Assembly: GCF_006345805.1 (NCBI RefSeq)
Contig: NC_042998.1
Span: 172,112,001-172,176,000, forward strand
From: Octopus sinensis
Lineage: Eukaryota
Direction: 5' to 3'
DNA length: 64,000 nt
In this document: positions 24,885 through 39,639 of the stretch, piece after piece
Layout of the letters: each line of letters opens with the position of its first letter
Numbering within the stretch: position 1 is the first letter of the stretch
Made by a program: the position numbers and the translations under genes
Notes under the pieces: model-generated
The model's input: only the letters and a program-made list of their open reading frames with translations
Databases searched by the model: none
What the model was told of the DNA's origin: nothing

Positions 24885-25209
24885 CTGTGGTACAAAAAGA
24901 AAAAAACTGCAATCATTTAACTGGTTGACAACACAAATATAATAATAATAAAATGTTTTAAACCCATGACATTCACATTCACACACACATACAAAAAAAA
25001 AATGCTTGGAAGATATTAAGTGATATTATTGACAGGAGTAACACAAGGAAGGCCAAAGACACAAACTTCAGATACACAAGAGAACTAATAATGCTTTCTG
25101 CCACAGGGCACAATGCCTTAAGTTTTGAGGGGAGGAGCTAGCTGATTACATCAGTCCCAGTAATCAACTAGTACATGTTTTATTGATCATAGAAAGATGA
25201 AAGGTAAAG

Positions 25210-25262
<53 letters not shown>

Positions 25263-25975
25263 AATTATTGTATACAGTGCTCAGGTGCACCACAACTTGT
25301 CAGAGTATATGCAGTAATGTAAAAATGTCTGGAAAGCGAACAATGTATGAGTCAGATACATGCTTGTGTGTGTATGGGGGGAGAAAATCAGGTGTAGTGT
25401 TGGCGAATCTCAGAAAGCATGGAAGTTTTGAAGGATGCAGTGCTCCGACAACTAACAACTGATGCCAGCAGTTTGTTCCATGCTTCAGCAACTCTCAGCG
25501 TGAAAAAATGTTTCCTGAAGTCATGGGAGCTGTGCTGTTTTCTGACTTTGTAAATATGTCCACGGGTGTTAGATGGGTGGAGTTTGAAAAGGTGCTCAGA
25601 GTTATTGTTTGTAAGATGGTTAATAATTTTATGGGTGGCTGCCAAGTCAGCTGCCAGACGTCGGAGTTTCAATGTGTCCATGCCCAGGGAAGTAAGGCGT
25701 TCAGGATATGGCAAATGCCTGATGGAGGGTATTCTTTTGGTTGCATGTCGCTGAACGGCTTCCAGACAATTGATATCCTGGGCAAGATAGGGGTTCCAGA
25801 CTGGTGATGCAAATTCCAGGTGAGGTCTTACCATAGCTATAAAAAGCCGCAGATAGATAGTCGGAGAGCGGCTCACAAAGGATTTGGTGAGTGATGCCAA
25901 GACACCATAAGAAAGCTTGACCATAAGTCTTTTGTGTGGCACAGAGTTAAAAGCCTTAGCAAAGACAACAGATAA
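25210..25975 (-). mobile_element. CR1-clade LINE 3' fragment with (TTA)n tail
   Basis: AMVRPHLEFASPVWNP, LEAVQRHATK, TRGHIYK, RKHFFTLRVAEAWNKL; (TAA)n at 25211-25260 on + strand. Confidence 0.88.
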
Positions 25976-26151
25976 GGCTTCTTTGATGCTTACGTTTTAC
26001 CTACTATATCTTCTCTATCAAATTTCCACATTTACATTCATTATGAAGAGAAATGAGCCTTGAAAAAGGTTTTCAGTTAAGTTATAGTATAATAATCACT
26101 ATGTATTTATATTCATACACACACGAGTATACACACACACACACACACATG

Positions 26152-26188
<37 letters not shown>

Positions 26189-26204
26189 GCACACACACAC
26201 ATCA

Positions 26205-26570
26205 CAGGTATGGCTGTGCAATAAGGAGTTTGCTTCTCAGCTACATGGTTTTGAGTCCAGTCCTACAGTATGAAACCTTGAGCAAGTATCTTTTACTATA
26301 GCTCCAGGCCAACTAAACTTGTGCATGGATTTGATAGACGGAAGATGAAAGAAGCTGGTTATATAACTATATATGAGTGTGTGTGTGTGTGATTTTGTAT
26401 CTGTTCCTGCAGCCAATGTTTAATAACAGGTATTGGCTTGTTTACATCCTCATAACTTAGCAGTTTGGCATACTTTAAGAAAAAATAAGTACTGGGGTCG
26501 ATTTATTTGACTAAACCTTTCAGGGTGGTGCTCCAGCATGACCACAAGCCAATGAATGAAACAAGTAAAT
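26205..26570 (+). mobile_element. SINE family A, old copy
   Basis: Diverged head/CORE and GCTCCAGCATG...GAAACAAGTAAA tail. Confidence 0.75.
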
Positions 26571-26749
26571 GACACACACACCCTAATTTACATGTAAATT
26601 AAAACAAGTGTCTTATTGTTGAACACCCTCACTGTCGATCATTCAGCTTTGAAATGAAGAATAGAAACTATTTGCAGCTGTGTACTTCAGAGGTTGGCTT
26701 TGCAACTATGTTGTCTCAGGTTCAGTTTCACTGTGTGGTATGTTGAATA

Positions 26750-27340
26750 ATCATCATCATTGTTTAACATCCGTTTTCTATGCTAGCATGGATTGGACGG
26801 TTTGACCAGGGTCTGGGAAGCCAGGAGGCTGCGCCAGGCTCCAGTCTGATCTGGCAGTGTTTCTACAGCTGGATGCTCTTCCTAATGCCAACCACTCCAT
26901 GAGTGTAGCGGGTGCTTTTTAATGTGCCATCGGCACAGGGGCCAGAGGAGGCAGGCAAACGGCCACGATTGGTTGGTGCTTTTTACGTGTCACCAACACG
27001 GATGCCAGTCAGGCGGTGCTGGCATCAGCCACATTCGGATAGTGCTTTTTATGTGCCACTGGCACGGGTATTGTAACTACAATTTCCATTTGATTTTTAT
27101 TTTGATGTTGGTGTTGACGTACTTGACTCAATAGGTCTCCTCAAGAACAGCAGGTTACTCTACAATCCAAGGTTAGCACAGCAGGCCGTCCTGCGAGCCA
27201 TGAACTTACTTCATTTGTCGGGTCTTCACAGTCACAGCATATCTCAGAGGTCTCAGTCTTTGGCATTTCCTGTGAGGCCCAATGTGCCACCGGCACAGGT
27301 ATCACAGGTACAATATCCATTCGATTTTTATTCTGTTGAT
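26750..27340 (-). mobile_element. RTE 3' UTR copy
   Basis: (CAT)n followed by GTTTAACATCCG...CTGGATGCTCTTCCTAATGCCAACC. Confidence 0.85.
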
Positions 27341-28779
27341 GTACTTGACACAATAAGTGTTGTCTTATATAGCCCCAGACAAATTTATGCCTTATGAGTG
27401 AAATTGATAGATGGAAACTGTATGGAAGCCCATCACATATACATGCATGCATTTGTGTGTATAACTGTATACATTCTGAGATATCTTTGCATAGATTCAC
27501 TCAACAAAAAACAGTATTGTTACGTTGACAATTCTCTGTCAAGAAATTGCCCTTATAGCTCAGTGACTTTCAAAGATAAGCAGAATAAAATCTTTCACTG
27601 GAAAAACAAGTAAAGATTAGCAACAAGAAAACCATTTGGCTGTAAAATAAAACCTCAATAAAACATTTTCAGTCAACCTAGGCTAGCATTGAAAATAGGA
27701 CATTAAATGAATAACAAATGAGAATGACTATAACAAAGTTTGACTTTGTCATCTTATAGTCCTTAGCTCAACACCAAAACTTTACTGTCAAACTATTTGT
27801 GGTTTTAAACAGAGCTTATTAAATTTGTGACTGTTTATATCCTTTATCAACTCTTATATTTCTGAATAAAATAGAAACAACAGCTTCTAGTTTTTCTTCA
27901 AATTTAATCAAAGTCATTACTGAACTATGTAAACTGAACTCAGCTTTTCTTTATTTTACAAAAAAAAAAAAAAAAAAAAATGTATTATGCAAAGAAAGAC
28001 AGAGCTTAAAATATATTCAGGCTGTCTTAACAGTGTAAGTTTAGTGCAGGTAATGAGCTGTTCAAATTGCTGAAAGGAAAGCTTGAATATCTAAGTGCTT
28101 CAGAGAGCTGCAGTTCTGTAAGTTCTGGAAAGGAAAGATTGGATAAAACAACAAGATGATAATCATTTCTTTTAAATTACAACAGTATAGTGTATTATTG
28201 ATATGGTCATTTAAAAAAGATTTTAGCATTTTACTCAAGTTTTACTTTAAAAGAAAAGAAAAGGCAACAAAAACAACTGTAAAAAATAAATATCTTTTCT
28301 GTTACTAATGTAAAACCATCTGTAACTAATTATAAGAGGCCTCACAAGTAAATAGCTTTAGATACAAATGGGTATTGGATCACTAACTTATTCATCAAAT
28401 ATTACCTCCCACAGTTTATCTTCCTACGTAGCTGTCTGTCTACTCTTGATAGTACAGTTTTACAGTGCTGCTAGTTCACTGAGTAAAGATACAATTACAG
28501 ATGTAGCGATAGATGATGAAGATAAACATCTGGCAAAATGCCACGAGGATCGAACACTTTTTGCATCATGATAATGTCTAGACTAAAAAAAAATCTTTCC
28601 TGGAGATTACTTTTGTTGGCATGATGCCAGAAAGCAAAGCAAATTGTTCATTTTAAATATAAGATTGCTTTCCAAAATGTATACAAACTAGATCCCAATC
28701 ACTTACAGTATATTCAACTCCAGTTTTATTCTTTACAACTAACATAACAGTTGACCAGAAGTAGTATTTTTTTGTTCTT

Positions 28780-29155
28780 CTTTTACTTGTTTCAGTCATT
28801 TGACTGCAGCCATGCTGGAGCACCACCTTTAGTCGAGCAAATCGACCCCGTGCCTTATTCTTTGTAAGCCCAGTACTTATTCTATCGGTCTCTTTTTGCC
28901 AAACCGCTAAGTGACGGGGATGTAAATACACCAGCATCAGTTGTCAAGCAATGCTAGAGGGACAAATACAGACACACAAACACACAAATACATATATACG
29001 ACGGGCTTCTTTCAGTTTCCGTCTACCAAATCCACTCACAAGGCATTGGTCGGCAGGGACTATAGCAGAAGACACTTGCCCAAGATGCCACGCAGTGGGA
29101 CTAAACCGGAACCATGTGGTTGGTTAGCAAGCTACTTACCACACAGCCACTCCTG
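28780..29155 (-). mobile_element. SINE family A
   Basis: Full-length match to 5435-5829. Confidence 0.88.
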
Positions 29156-30696
29156 TATATTCTTTCAAGATATTAAAAAGAAAAGTGACAGCCAGAGATC
29201 ATTTTTAGTATTTACAGTATCATTTAAGTTAATTTACTGAGCTCAGATGGCATGTCAATAAGCATAGGGATAGCTGTGTAGTTAAGAAGTTCACATTGCA
29301 ACCACACAGTTTTGTGTTCAGTCCCACTGTGCCACACCTTGGGCAAGTATCTTCTACTTTAGCCCTATGCCTCATCATCCTAACATTACATAAGTTTTAA
29401 GTGAGTGTCACCATCATACAAGCAATGCCATTTATTTCCTATAATTTCATGTAAACAAGTGAGGCTTGGCAAAAGGAAGGGCATCGGGCCACAGAAAATC
29501 TGCTTCAATAACTTCCATGTGACCCATGGAAGCATGGGAAAATGGACACACTAAACTGATGAGGAACTTATGAATGAGTGTATCATCTTTTACCTGTTTC
29601 AGTCATTGGACAGTGGCCATACTGGGGCACTGCCTTGAAGGGCTTTAGTCAAACAAATTGACCCCAATACTTATTTTTTTAAGCCAAGTACTTATTCTAT
29701 CAGTTCCTTAAGCACTGGAACCATAAACAAGCCAACACCAGTTCCCAAGCAGTTGTAAGAGACAAAGTCAAAGATGCATGCATGCATGCAAACACACAAG
29801 GAATTCTATGACTTAACTGCCTCAAAAATTGTATTTTAACTGGTGATATTAAATGAAAGCCATGTCACTATTAGGGCACTGTTTTAAAGTGTGAATGTTA
29901 TGTCAAAAATAGATATCATGTTTAGTAACTTAAAACAATACATAAATGAAATAAGTCATTATTCAGGTTTTTAAATATTTTCAGTTACAAAAGGTTTGAT
30001 TTTACCACAGTACCATTTTTCTATCCAGTTCTTTCTGGTATCAATAAGAAATTTAAAAAGTCAAATATCATCAACCGAGTAGAGATTTCCTTCACTAGAG
30101 ATTTCTTTGAACTTTATACAGTAGAGGAAATTATTTGTTTTCATTGTCAGGTATACTAAAATTTTGAATACAGTTTCTTCTAGGGCCAAACAGTGTGTTT
30201 AAAAACCAAAGTAAATAAAAAGAAAAAAATCTTTCTAAGAAGCATCTTAGTGGAGGAAATTGGGGGAGGGGGAAAGATTTCCTATAAATTAGTAGACTTA
30301 AGTGTCTGTTATTATAAAAACATGACATCATCATCATCATCATTTAATGTCTATCTTTCATGTTGGCACAGGCTGGATGGTTTGACAGGATCCAATGAGT
30401 CAGAGAGCTGTGTTGAGCTCCAATGCCTATATAGGTGTGATTTTGATGGATGGATAGCTTTCCTAAGGCCAAGCACTTTACAGAATGTACTGGGTATTTT
30501 CTCTTGTAATGATGCTAGTATTAGTGAGGTTGCCAATTTATGTTGGAAGACAAAGTAAAACCCATGTCAACTGAGTCGAGTTGTAGGGAAGGAGGTGGCT
30601 TTGTGCTGAAAGGTCAAAGTGTGACAGAGGGATAGGCACAAGTGTCTCGCAATTCAGGTGATAGATGGCTACTCTGCTGTATATATATATATATAT

Positions 30697-32545
30697 ATCA
30701 TCATCATCATCATCATTTAACGTCCACGTTCCATGCTGGCATCTAGCATGAGTTGGATGGTTTTATTGAGAAATGGCAAACCAGGAGGCTGCACCAGACT
30801 CCAATCTGATTTGGCAAGGTTTCTACAGCTGGATGCCCTTCCTAACACCAACCACGAGAGTGTAGTGGGTGCTTTTATGTACCACCGGCATAGGAGCCAG
30901 TCAGGCAGAACTGGCATCGGCCACGCTCGAATGGTGCTTTGTACGTGCCACTGACATGGATGCCAGTCATGCAGCACTGGCATCGACCATGACTATGATT
31001 TCATTCGGTTCAACAGGTCTTCACAAGCATGGCATATTGCCCAATGATTGAAAGGTGTTTTTAAATGGGCCAGTTATGCCACACTGGCATTGGCCGTGAC
31101 TATGATCTCACTTGGCTTGCTGAATCTTCTCAAGCACAGCATATCTCCATCTCCAAAGCTTTCAGTCACTCGTCATTGCCTCTGTGAGGCCCAATGTTTG
31201 AAGGTCATGTTTCGCCACCTCATCCCATGTCTTCCTGGGTCTACTTCTTCCACAGGTTCCCTCCACTGTTAGGGTGTAACACTTCTTTACACAGCTGTCC
31301 TCATCCATATGCATTACATGACAATACCAGCGCAGTTCTTTCTCTTGCATACCACAACTGATGCTTCTTATGTCCACTTTTCTCTCAGGGCACTTATACA
31401 CTGTCATGTATGCACACTGACATTACATATCCAGTGGAGCATATTGGCTTCATTTCTTTCAAGCCAACACATGTCCTCAGCAGTCACAGCCCATGTTTCA
31501 CTACTGTGTAGCATGGTTGTTTGTACACAGGCATCATACAGTCTACCTTTCACTCTGAGTGAGTAGCCCATTGTTACTGGCAGAGGTAGGAGCTCTCTGA
31601 ACTTTGTCCAGGCTAATCTTATTCTAGCAGCTATGCTCTTGGAGCATCCACCCTCACTACTGACTTGGTCACCTAGGCAATGGAAGCTATCAACTACTAG
31701 TATTTCCCACTGGCTGTGTTTATTGCACCTGTACATCTACCACACACAAAAACTATCTTCCCAGTTTACCTTCCTTTGATATTGCAACACCTTTTATAGA
31801 TATTCTACCTACATCTTTTCTACAGATTGAGCAGGGCTATTTACCTGAAGGGATTTGTGATTTGTCTGCCTTCCTACTTACTAAGACTTTGGTTTTTGCT
31901 AGGTTGACTTTAAAGTCCTTCGATTCTAGACCTTGCTTTCACACCTGAACCTTCTTCTCTAGTTCTGGTAGAGACACAGCTATTAAAGCAAGGTCATCAG
32001 CATAGAGGAGCTCCCAGGGGCAACCTGTTTTGAATTCCTGTTATTGCCTATATGAAAAAGAGGGGGCTGAGGACTGCACCTTGGTGAACCCCTGCTTCTA
32101 CCCAGAATCATTATCAGAAATATAGCATCAGTGGTACTTCTCCCAGGCACAAACCCAAACTGCATCTCATCTAAACTAACTCTCACCCTAATTAGTTGGG
32201 CTATGACCCTCTCTATGACTTTCATCACCTGATCCAACAATTTGATACCTCCGTAATTATTTCTACCTAAGGTATCACCTTTACTTTTGTAGCAGTTGAC
32301 TATGGTGCTGCTACATCAGTCATTGGGTATGACTCCTCTGAGTATCACCTGATTAACTATACAGGTGACCTGACTACAGCCTACACCACCAGATATTTTA
32401 AGCATCTCAGTAGTGATTCCTGATGCGCCAGGGGCTTTCCCTGTCTTCACACCCTTAATTGCTTTATATACCAAGGTACTGTTAATTCAGATAACGGGTC
32501 CCTCTGTTGGGTTGACATTTGGCCGACTCTTTCTCCCATTCATTC
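30697..32545 (-). mobile_element. Decayed RTE LINE (RT, C-terminus, 3' UTR, (GAT)n tail)
   Basis: QFGFVPGRSTTDAIF, KGRLYDACVQTTMLHSSETW, LRWYCHV, GRSRPRKTWDEV. Confidence 0.9.
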
Positions 32546-32758
32546 TCTTCATTTAGCAACTTTTCATAATGGCGTCTCCAAGTAAGAAAACCTCAAAGAT
32601 ATGTTATAAATAAATAAATGGAAAAGGTGTTATAGATGTACACAGTTGTTTTCTGAAGTATCATTTAACACTAGTTTTTTCAGATAAAATGATTAATTAT
32701 AAGATTAACTTGAAAATTTCAATGCATATGTGCATATAAGAGAACAAAAAGAACTTAC

Positions 32759-32868
32759 CGATCTGTTTTGAGAGTGATTTCACCAGTAGTTTCATTGTAC
32801 CGATCTTTTAAAAGTCGCACCATTTTATCTTTAGCATGATGGTCAAGATTAAGGCTTGATATATTCAA
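32759..32868 (-). CDS. MRPS35: mS35 coding exon, 110 nt, phase 0/2
   Basis: ctctccag|TTG...CG|gtaagt. LNISSLNLDHHAKDKMVRLLKDRYNETTGEITLKTDR, compare human [22 protein letters not shown]...LTIKTDR. Confidence 0.96.
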
Positions 32869-34244
32869 CTGGAGAGAGAAAACAAACAGAAATACTACAT
32901 GAAGAAACTAGGGTAAAAATCACATGCAACACTTGTTCTTTGTTAAACAGGCTACCAAACTAATGTGATGAAATTGTACCCATATTGATCCTGGCAATAA
33001 TAATACACTGATATGGTTTCCCATTTCCAGGCCCATATCATAATTTGAACACAGCATTACAAGTCAATGAAACCTTTCTCTGACATCCAAAAATGGTATA
33101 TCTCTGATCAGAAATATTCTTTACCAGAGCTAATCTGATGCTAAACAGCAGCAACACTTGTTTCTAGTGTCAACATATTCTTGGCCACTGATAACAATGC
33201 AACTATTAAATGGATGTAGATCATATTTTTCATCCAAATAGACAGAGGCAATCAAAATAACGTATTCTACAAAAGCTTGAGTTCATAACTATATCGTCGG
33301 TAGTCCACATCTATTTATTTTCCATCTGGATATCTTTCTGTAACTGTGTAGCATAAGTCAAACATTTTGTCAGTTAGAGTTATGTACCTTAGCTAGAGAG
33401 CAGTAGAAAAGTTGCCACCATATTACAGCTCAAGATTGTCTCACGAATATGACAGAAATACAAGTGTCAAACTTGTTTGAAATAGAGGCCAAATCTCCTT
33501 CACATCACATCCTACTGTCTTAGATAAAGAAAGAACACATTAGATAATGTTGTCTTAAATATCCTTAAAAACCAGGATGGTCATGGCTGGAATACTTCTG
33601 ATAACAAATCCACTTGATTGAGGTTAATATGTAGCATATATTCAGGTTGAGAACTGAACCTAGTTATTTGGGGTTAAAATCAAAGGAAGACAAAGATAAT
33701 ATTTAAACTAAGTTCAGTGGTTTCAACATTGGAGTGTATAGACAGACAAATCAATGGGTTGTGGATGTAGTATCAACATAGGAAAGAAGATGAGAAAGCT
33801 ATTGAATCAAAGTAGAAGAGAATAAAAAATCTAGACAATATATAATCAAACTACATTGTGCAGAATTTTTAGACAACTTTGTTCCATACGATTCTGATGA
33901 AGTGTTTCAGTAGCTTTAATAGGTAGAAATATAGTGCTGGATTTTATTGTGATATGGTTTAAATGAAGAGAAATAGTTACAAATGGGAAAATCAGGTTAT
34001 TGACCTGATTCGTTAAGAAGCTTACCAGCTCAATACTTTACAACAATAGATCTAATGCATACAAATATGAGAAATTACTCTTAAACCAATCAAAATTTTC
34101 ATTGAGAGTAAGCAGCTAAGTTGAAGTAACTCAAAGCCAAAATTTAAACTGAATTTATTAGAACTTACTGCTTGCATATATTGAAATGGAAAATGATGTT
34201 ATGTTAATGAAAAAAAAACTACTATATAAAACTGAAATTCTTAC

Positions 34245-34384
34245 CTTAAAGGTCACTACTCGGGCCCTAGCATCTCTAACAGTAGGACCCGAAAAGCAAT
34301 AATCAGATGAGATTACTTCTACTGGAAAATGCTGCTCACATAGGCTGTCAGTACTTAAAGCTTCAGGCCAAGGAGTACAAAATT
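34245..34384 (-). CDS. MRPS35: mS35 coding exon, 140 nt, phase 1/0
   Basis: cttcaag|AA...AAG|gtaaga. FCTPWPEALSTDSLCEQHFPVEVISSDYCFSGPTVRDARARVVTFK, compare human [43 protein letters not shown]. Confidence 0.96.
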
Positions 34385-35365
34385 CTTGAAGAAAAATGAA
34401 TTCAAAAGAAGAAAAACTATAAAGAAGTGAAGCAAACAACAAGGGGTATAAGGATAACTTACAAACTGTCAACATAATATAACCTTGACCACTGTTTACA
34501 AGCACTCTGATTGACAAAGAATCGTCAATTGTCAAGTGCTTGCCCATTATGCCTTTGGAGATTATCTATTGTAGTATAGTGCATACTTTTATATTTCTGG
34601 TAGAATCTGCTCAAACTCAAGTTCAAGAAAGTGACCATTTCTGTAAAACTAAGAGACACAACCACAATCTCACAAACAAATATACATTTTGTCTGTTTTC
34701 CATGCTGGTATGGGTTGGATGGATTGTCATAGCTTGAGTCTGTCCTTATTTGAAGTTACTACTGTCCTAAATATGTTAGAGGACCAGGTCTTGCTGATAC
34801 ATTCCATTTCATCATGGCTTCTGCACCTAAACGTCCTTCTTGACACCAACCAGATTGTACTGCATTTTATCATAGCAATAAAAAGTAGATAGCTTGTCAT
34901 CTCTGTGACATGACTTACAAGTCCTCTTAATCCCATGTTATCTCTGTACCCTACGCAAATATTTTACAGTGTGTGCTGGGTGTATTTTATTGTTGCACCA
35001 GAATTTATGTTATTTTGTTTCTTGCAAGACAAAAAAAGTCCTCACAATTCTACCACCATCTTGGTTCATTTGAGGCAAAAGACTAAAAAAGTGAATAGAA
35101 GAGGGCAATGACAAAAGATGAACTTGGTGTGAATGCAAAGGAAGCAGAGGGAGATAGTAATGGCAGGGAGTAATGATGATAACTATATGTTGTTGCTAAG
35201 GAAAAGAGTAGTGAAAAGCCAAAGGTGGTCATTAGTAAGAGAGACTGATGAATGTCAATAATGAGTAGCTTGAAGGAACAATGAGTGCAGGAAAGCAATG
35301 GTTGCTTGTAAAACAGAAACAAAAGCTGGTTAATCATAGAATGGACTGAGTGATGATGATGATGA

Positions 35366-35481
<116 letters not shown>

Positions 35482-36594
35482 ATGTTCATAACAAGTAACC
35501 TGGGTGAGAGGGATCAATGGCTAGCTGTACAGAAGGATGATGGTGGAGTATAATGGATTCTAATTGATCTAATGCAAACCCAGATGCAGATACTCAACCC
35601 AGTTGCTACAACTTCCACCATTTGAAAGTATATTTTGCCATTCTTGCACAGGTAGGCAAGTCTTTTAAACCACTTACCCATTATAACATCCTAGCAATTG
35701 TTTACATTAAGCTGCCTCAGACTTTTGACTTGAGTGAATTGCCATCCACAATTGCAGTTCAAGATATATTTTCCCTTCTGAGCCACTGACCTCTCTCCAT
35801 ATCTCTAGTTAACACTATTCTTCTTGCTGTAAATACTTTCTGAAACTCACCAGTACTAAATCCCAATCACTTGGCTGTGAATGGGAATCATTAAGTTTCT
35901 ATTGACAACAATGCTCTTGGATGAAGTGCCCTGACTTTTGTCTTTATTCACACTACCTTCAGTCTTAACCCTCTTTGCAATATTAAATAGTGTCCAGACT
36001 TGGAGTGCAACAAGGTGTAAATCAGAGGTAAACCTTTGGAACAAATATGAACTCTGGCTTCCCAGTACTGACATAGTATTTTGAGTGCATGGAATTGTAA
36101 CACCAGCACTAAATGTCATGTCCTTGACAAGATGAGACTAAATTACCTTTTCAATTCTAAGACATCTCCCTTCATTTGCTAACTATTTTACAGAATGTAC
36201 TATGTGCATTTTAGAGTGGGACCAGCATTAATGAGGCTACCCTCTACTCTACATGATAGAAAGGGCTCCTCACTGTTGTATTTTGTGTCTGCTTGTTTAA
36301 GTCAATGAGACCAAAACAGTGGGTAAAAAACTGGGCAGCTGCAGAATATGAACTCATTTTGGTAGCAGATACTTAAAAAACTACTTTTAAATTTCTCAAT
36401 GTTTCAAGCTAACCAAAATATATTTTCTTTTAGTTTGTCCAGTTAAAGCTTCTAATTTCAATGGCTGGAAGTTGTCAAATTACTTTTGTAAAGGTTATTA
36501 ATCTTCTGGTATATAGCAAACCAGGTAGGATTCCTGTAGGTGATTCTGTCCACTTTCCTTGTCATCTTAGGGATATTTTACTCAATATATCTTT

Positions 36595-36962
36595 GATCTT
36601 TACTTGTTTCAGTCATTGGACTACAGCCATGTTGAGACACTGCTTTGAAAGGTTTAGAGAAACAGATTGACCCTATTATGTATCTTTTTAACTTTTGTAT
36701 GTATTGTATTGGTCTCTTTTATTGAACCACTAAGTTATGGAGACATAAACAAAACAACACCAGTAGTCAAAGTGGGGAACAAACATGAAGATGCATACAC
36801 ATACACACATGATGGGCTTCTTTCAGTTTCTGTCTAACAAATCCACTCACAAAGCCTTGGTTAGCCTTGAACCATAGTAGAAGACACTTGCCCACAGTAG
36901 GACTGAATCCAGGGTCATGGAATTGGGAATTTAACTTCTTACCACACAGCCATGGCCTCCTT
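36595..36962 (-). mobile_element. SINE family A, old CpG-depleted copy
   Basis: Same layout as other family A copies. Confidence 0.8.
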
Positions 36963-37476
36963 TGCATATTAGCAGCTTCTTGAATACACAGACATACATG
37001 TCAAGATGATGCTGTCAATATTTTGAAAGGAAAATGAAGAAATAAAAATTTGGTGCAGGTCACATAACATTAATTTGGTTCCATTTTTTAACCACTAGTC
37101 TGTTCACAAATACCCAGCATGTACTGTACATAGATCAACCCCAGTGACTTAAGCAACACTGAATAATACAGAAGATATGAGCTTAGCATGGAAGTTCACA
37201 AAATTATTCCCAACCGTTTTTGTCTAAGTAAACCTAAGTAAATTTAAGTAGCCACTAAGTCAAGCGCTTTGTTAAGAATATAGTGCATTATCAGAGATAG
37301 GTTATTACACAGAATTTAACATTAAACCTAAATTTATAAACAGGTGGCAATCTCTGTATCAATCATTGCCAATCTTTCGAGTAATTATTAAAATTAAAAC
37401 AGCTTCTTTTCCAAAAGATATTTTTCAAAATAATCCTGTTTTATATGCATTATATAAATAGAGATGGTTGTCTTAC

Positions 37477-37603
37477 TTTTCAAGGCCTTACAATGCTTGG
37501 CAACATGGACAGGTGTTAGATGAAGGAAATTTGGTATTTTCATCAACTCCGTATTAGCATAACGATCTGGAGGAACTCCAAGGTTTTGATTTTCACTTGG
37601 TCT
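37477..37603 (-). CDS. MRPS35: mS35 coding exon, 127 nt, phase 0/1
   Basis: tatttcag|AGA...AAAA|gtaaga. [42 protein letters not shown] contains the mS35 hallmark [10 protein letters not shown]. Confidence 0.96.
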
Positions 37604-39639
37604 CTGAAATACAAATTATTCTTAATAAATTTAACTGAATTTTCATTGTCCTTATTAGGTTTTATTTGATGCAACACAAAGATCAAACACATACTTCACA
37701 AAATGCATTAATTAACTAAATTGCCTTTGTAATATAAAATTAAAGGAATATTAATAAAAAAGAAAGTAAAGTCATTCAAGAAATGATGCAAAATTAAGAA
37801 GTATGACTAGATGGACTGAACCAGAGCAAAGTTAAGTGTCTTCTGTTATGAGGGTCACAAACTATGAACTAACAACACTTTGAGGAGTAGATACACAACC
37901 TATTGTCTCCCAACAGATAGCTATTGATAAAATGTAAAACTTCGGGGGGTGGGGGTGATTTTCATAAGAGTTAAAGTCATATCTAAAACCTGGCTACATA
38001 AAGCTACCTTCACTCTCCCACTATCTTCTTCATCCAACCACACATCACAAACATCTTTATCACATAACAATTCCTGAAACTAACCAGCATGATGGACCTA
38101 AGATGATGAAGAGGAGCAAACGGAGCAAAGAAACATAAAATATACAAGTAATTTAATATCAGAAAGTAAATTGACTTCCTGTATTATTTTAGCAACAACA
38201 TAAAATAAACTACAGTAAAATAAAACAAACACATAAACTGGAGGAGAATTGAGATCTTATAGAGATTTCATTCTGTTGGAAGAACAGATAAACAGAGTAG
38301 TTACTGATGTGGTAATTTGAGACAAAGAAGGCAGAGAAGATAATTAGATGTTAGGGGAAAAGGAGATGCTGAATGTATCAGTAGTGAACTGTGAGATAGA
38401 GAACACACAAACTCTCTCTCTCTCCCACTCACAAGATGGCAAAGCATTAACCTGCTTGAAGGTTAACAGACAACTCTCTAAGACCAACTCAATATAACAA
38501 ACTTTGTCTTGGTGTACAGACTGCTTGTTAATGTTATGCACGCACACACACACACTCACACACACACATACATACATGCATGCATGCACATACACACAAG
38601 TTGTACTGCTGTTAGTTAATTAGTATGTTATATGCCTGGATGAAACAACACAATATATCTTGAGATAAACATAAAAGATAGAAAATTATAGGATTAAGGT
38701 ATGAACAACGAATGTGGAGAAAAATATCTTTTGTTGAATCTATTTCAATGTACCTCAGATATTATTTTCGGATGTGTGTGTGTGTGGTAGGTAGATAAGC
38801 AGATAACTATTTGGTTTAAGTCCATTTCATGGTTTCATGCAGGTGTCATGTGGATACTACTCACATTCAGTGGGTCTGAAGCAGAAGTAAGAATACAAAT
38901 GCTCAAGATTTTCCATCTGTATTCCTACCACTTCACCACATACAATGAAATATTAGTATTCATATGAATACCTGCATGAAATAATGCTATAAGTAAATTT
39001 ATATATTTACCAAGATGGTCCTTCACCATTATCACATTACGTCTGCTTTCTATGTTGGCATGGGTTGGATGACTCTCTCAGGTGGGTCAAGACCATATCT
39101 TACTCATAAGTTAATTTTTGGTTTTGTTTTTTTCTGGCAATTATGGTTTGAATTCTTTTGACACACCTGAACTAGGGAGGGAGTCATACCTTTGACAAGA
39201 CTAAAAGAGATCTTTTGAACTCATAATTAACAAAGTGCACTGGGTGCATTTTATTGCGACACTAGCATTAGATAGGGTAGGAGTGATGGATAGCAAGAGA
39301 CAGATAAAATGTTGAGGGTGAATAAAGGAGATTGACACAAAACAGTCAGGGATGGGTATAGGTGATATGTATATGGTACATCTGTAGTTTCTGATGAGGT
39401 CTCTTAAGTATATGTGAAAATGAGTGAGAAATATGAGTAACAAAGATGAGAGAGGGGGTGGAATGTTAGTGATATTATGAGGTAGATATAGAAGCATCCT
39501 TAAAAAACAAAAACAAAAAGATGATCACAGCTAGAATAACTGATCAAATCTGCATGATTATGGCTAACCTAAAGACTAAACGATAACAAAATAAAATGCA
39601 TTATTTAATGAATGATAAATTCTAACAAAGAATGTGTTG

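Noticed and set aside
28368-28600. ORF/exon-like segments on both strands in the MRPS35 intron
   Set aside because: Stops in most frames, no homology, not needed for the gene model.
34385-34547. In-frame ORF extension upstream of the 140-nt MRPS35 exon, with a donor-like site near 34460
   Set aside because: No mS35 similarity; the 34384 acceptor already gives correct phase and alignment.
38833-38981. 150-bp segment with ~17-bp inverted ends (TTTCATGCAGGT...)
   Set aside because: Single copy here and no TSD; too weak to call a MITE.
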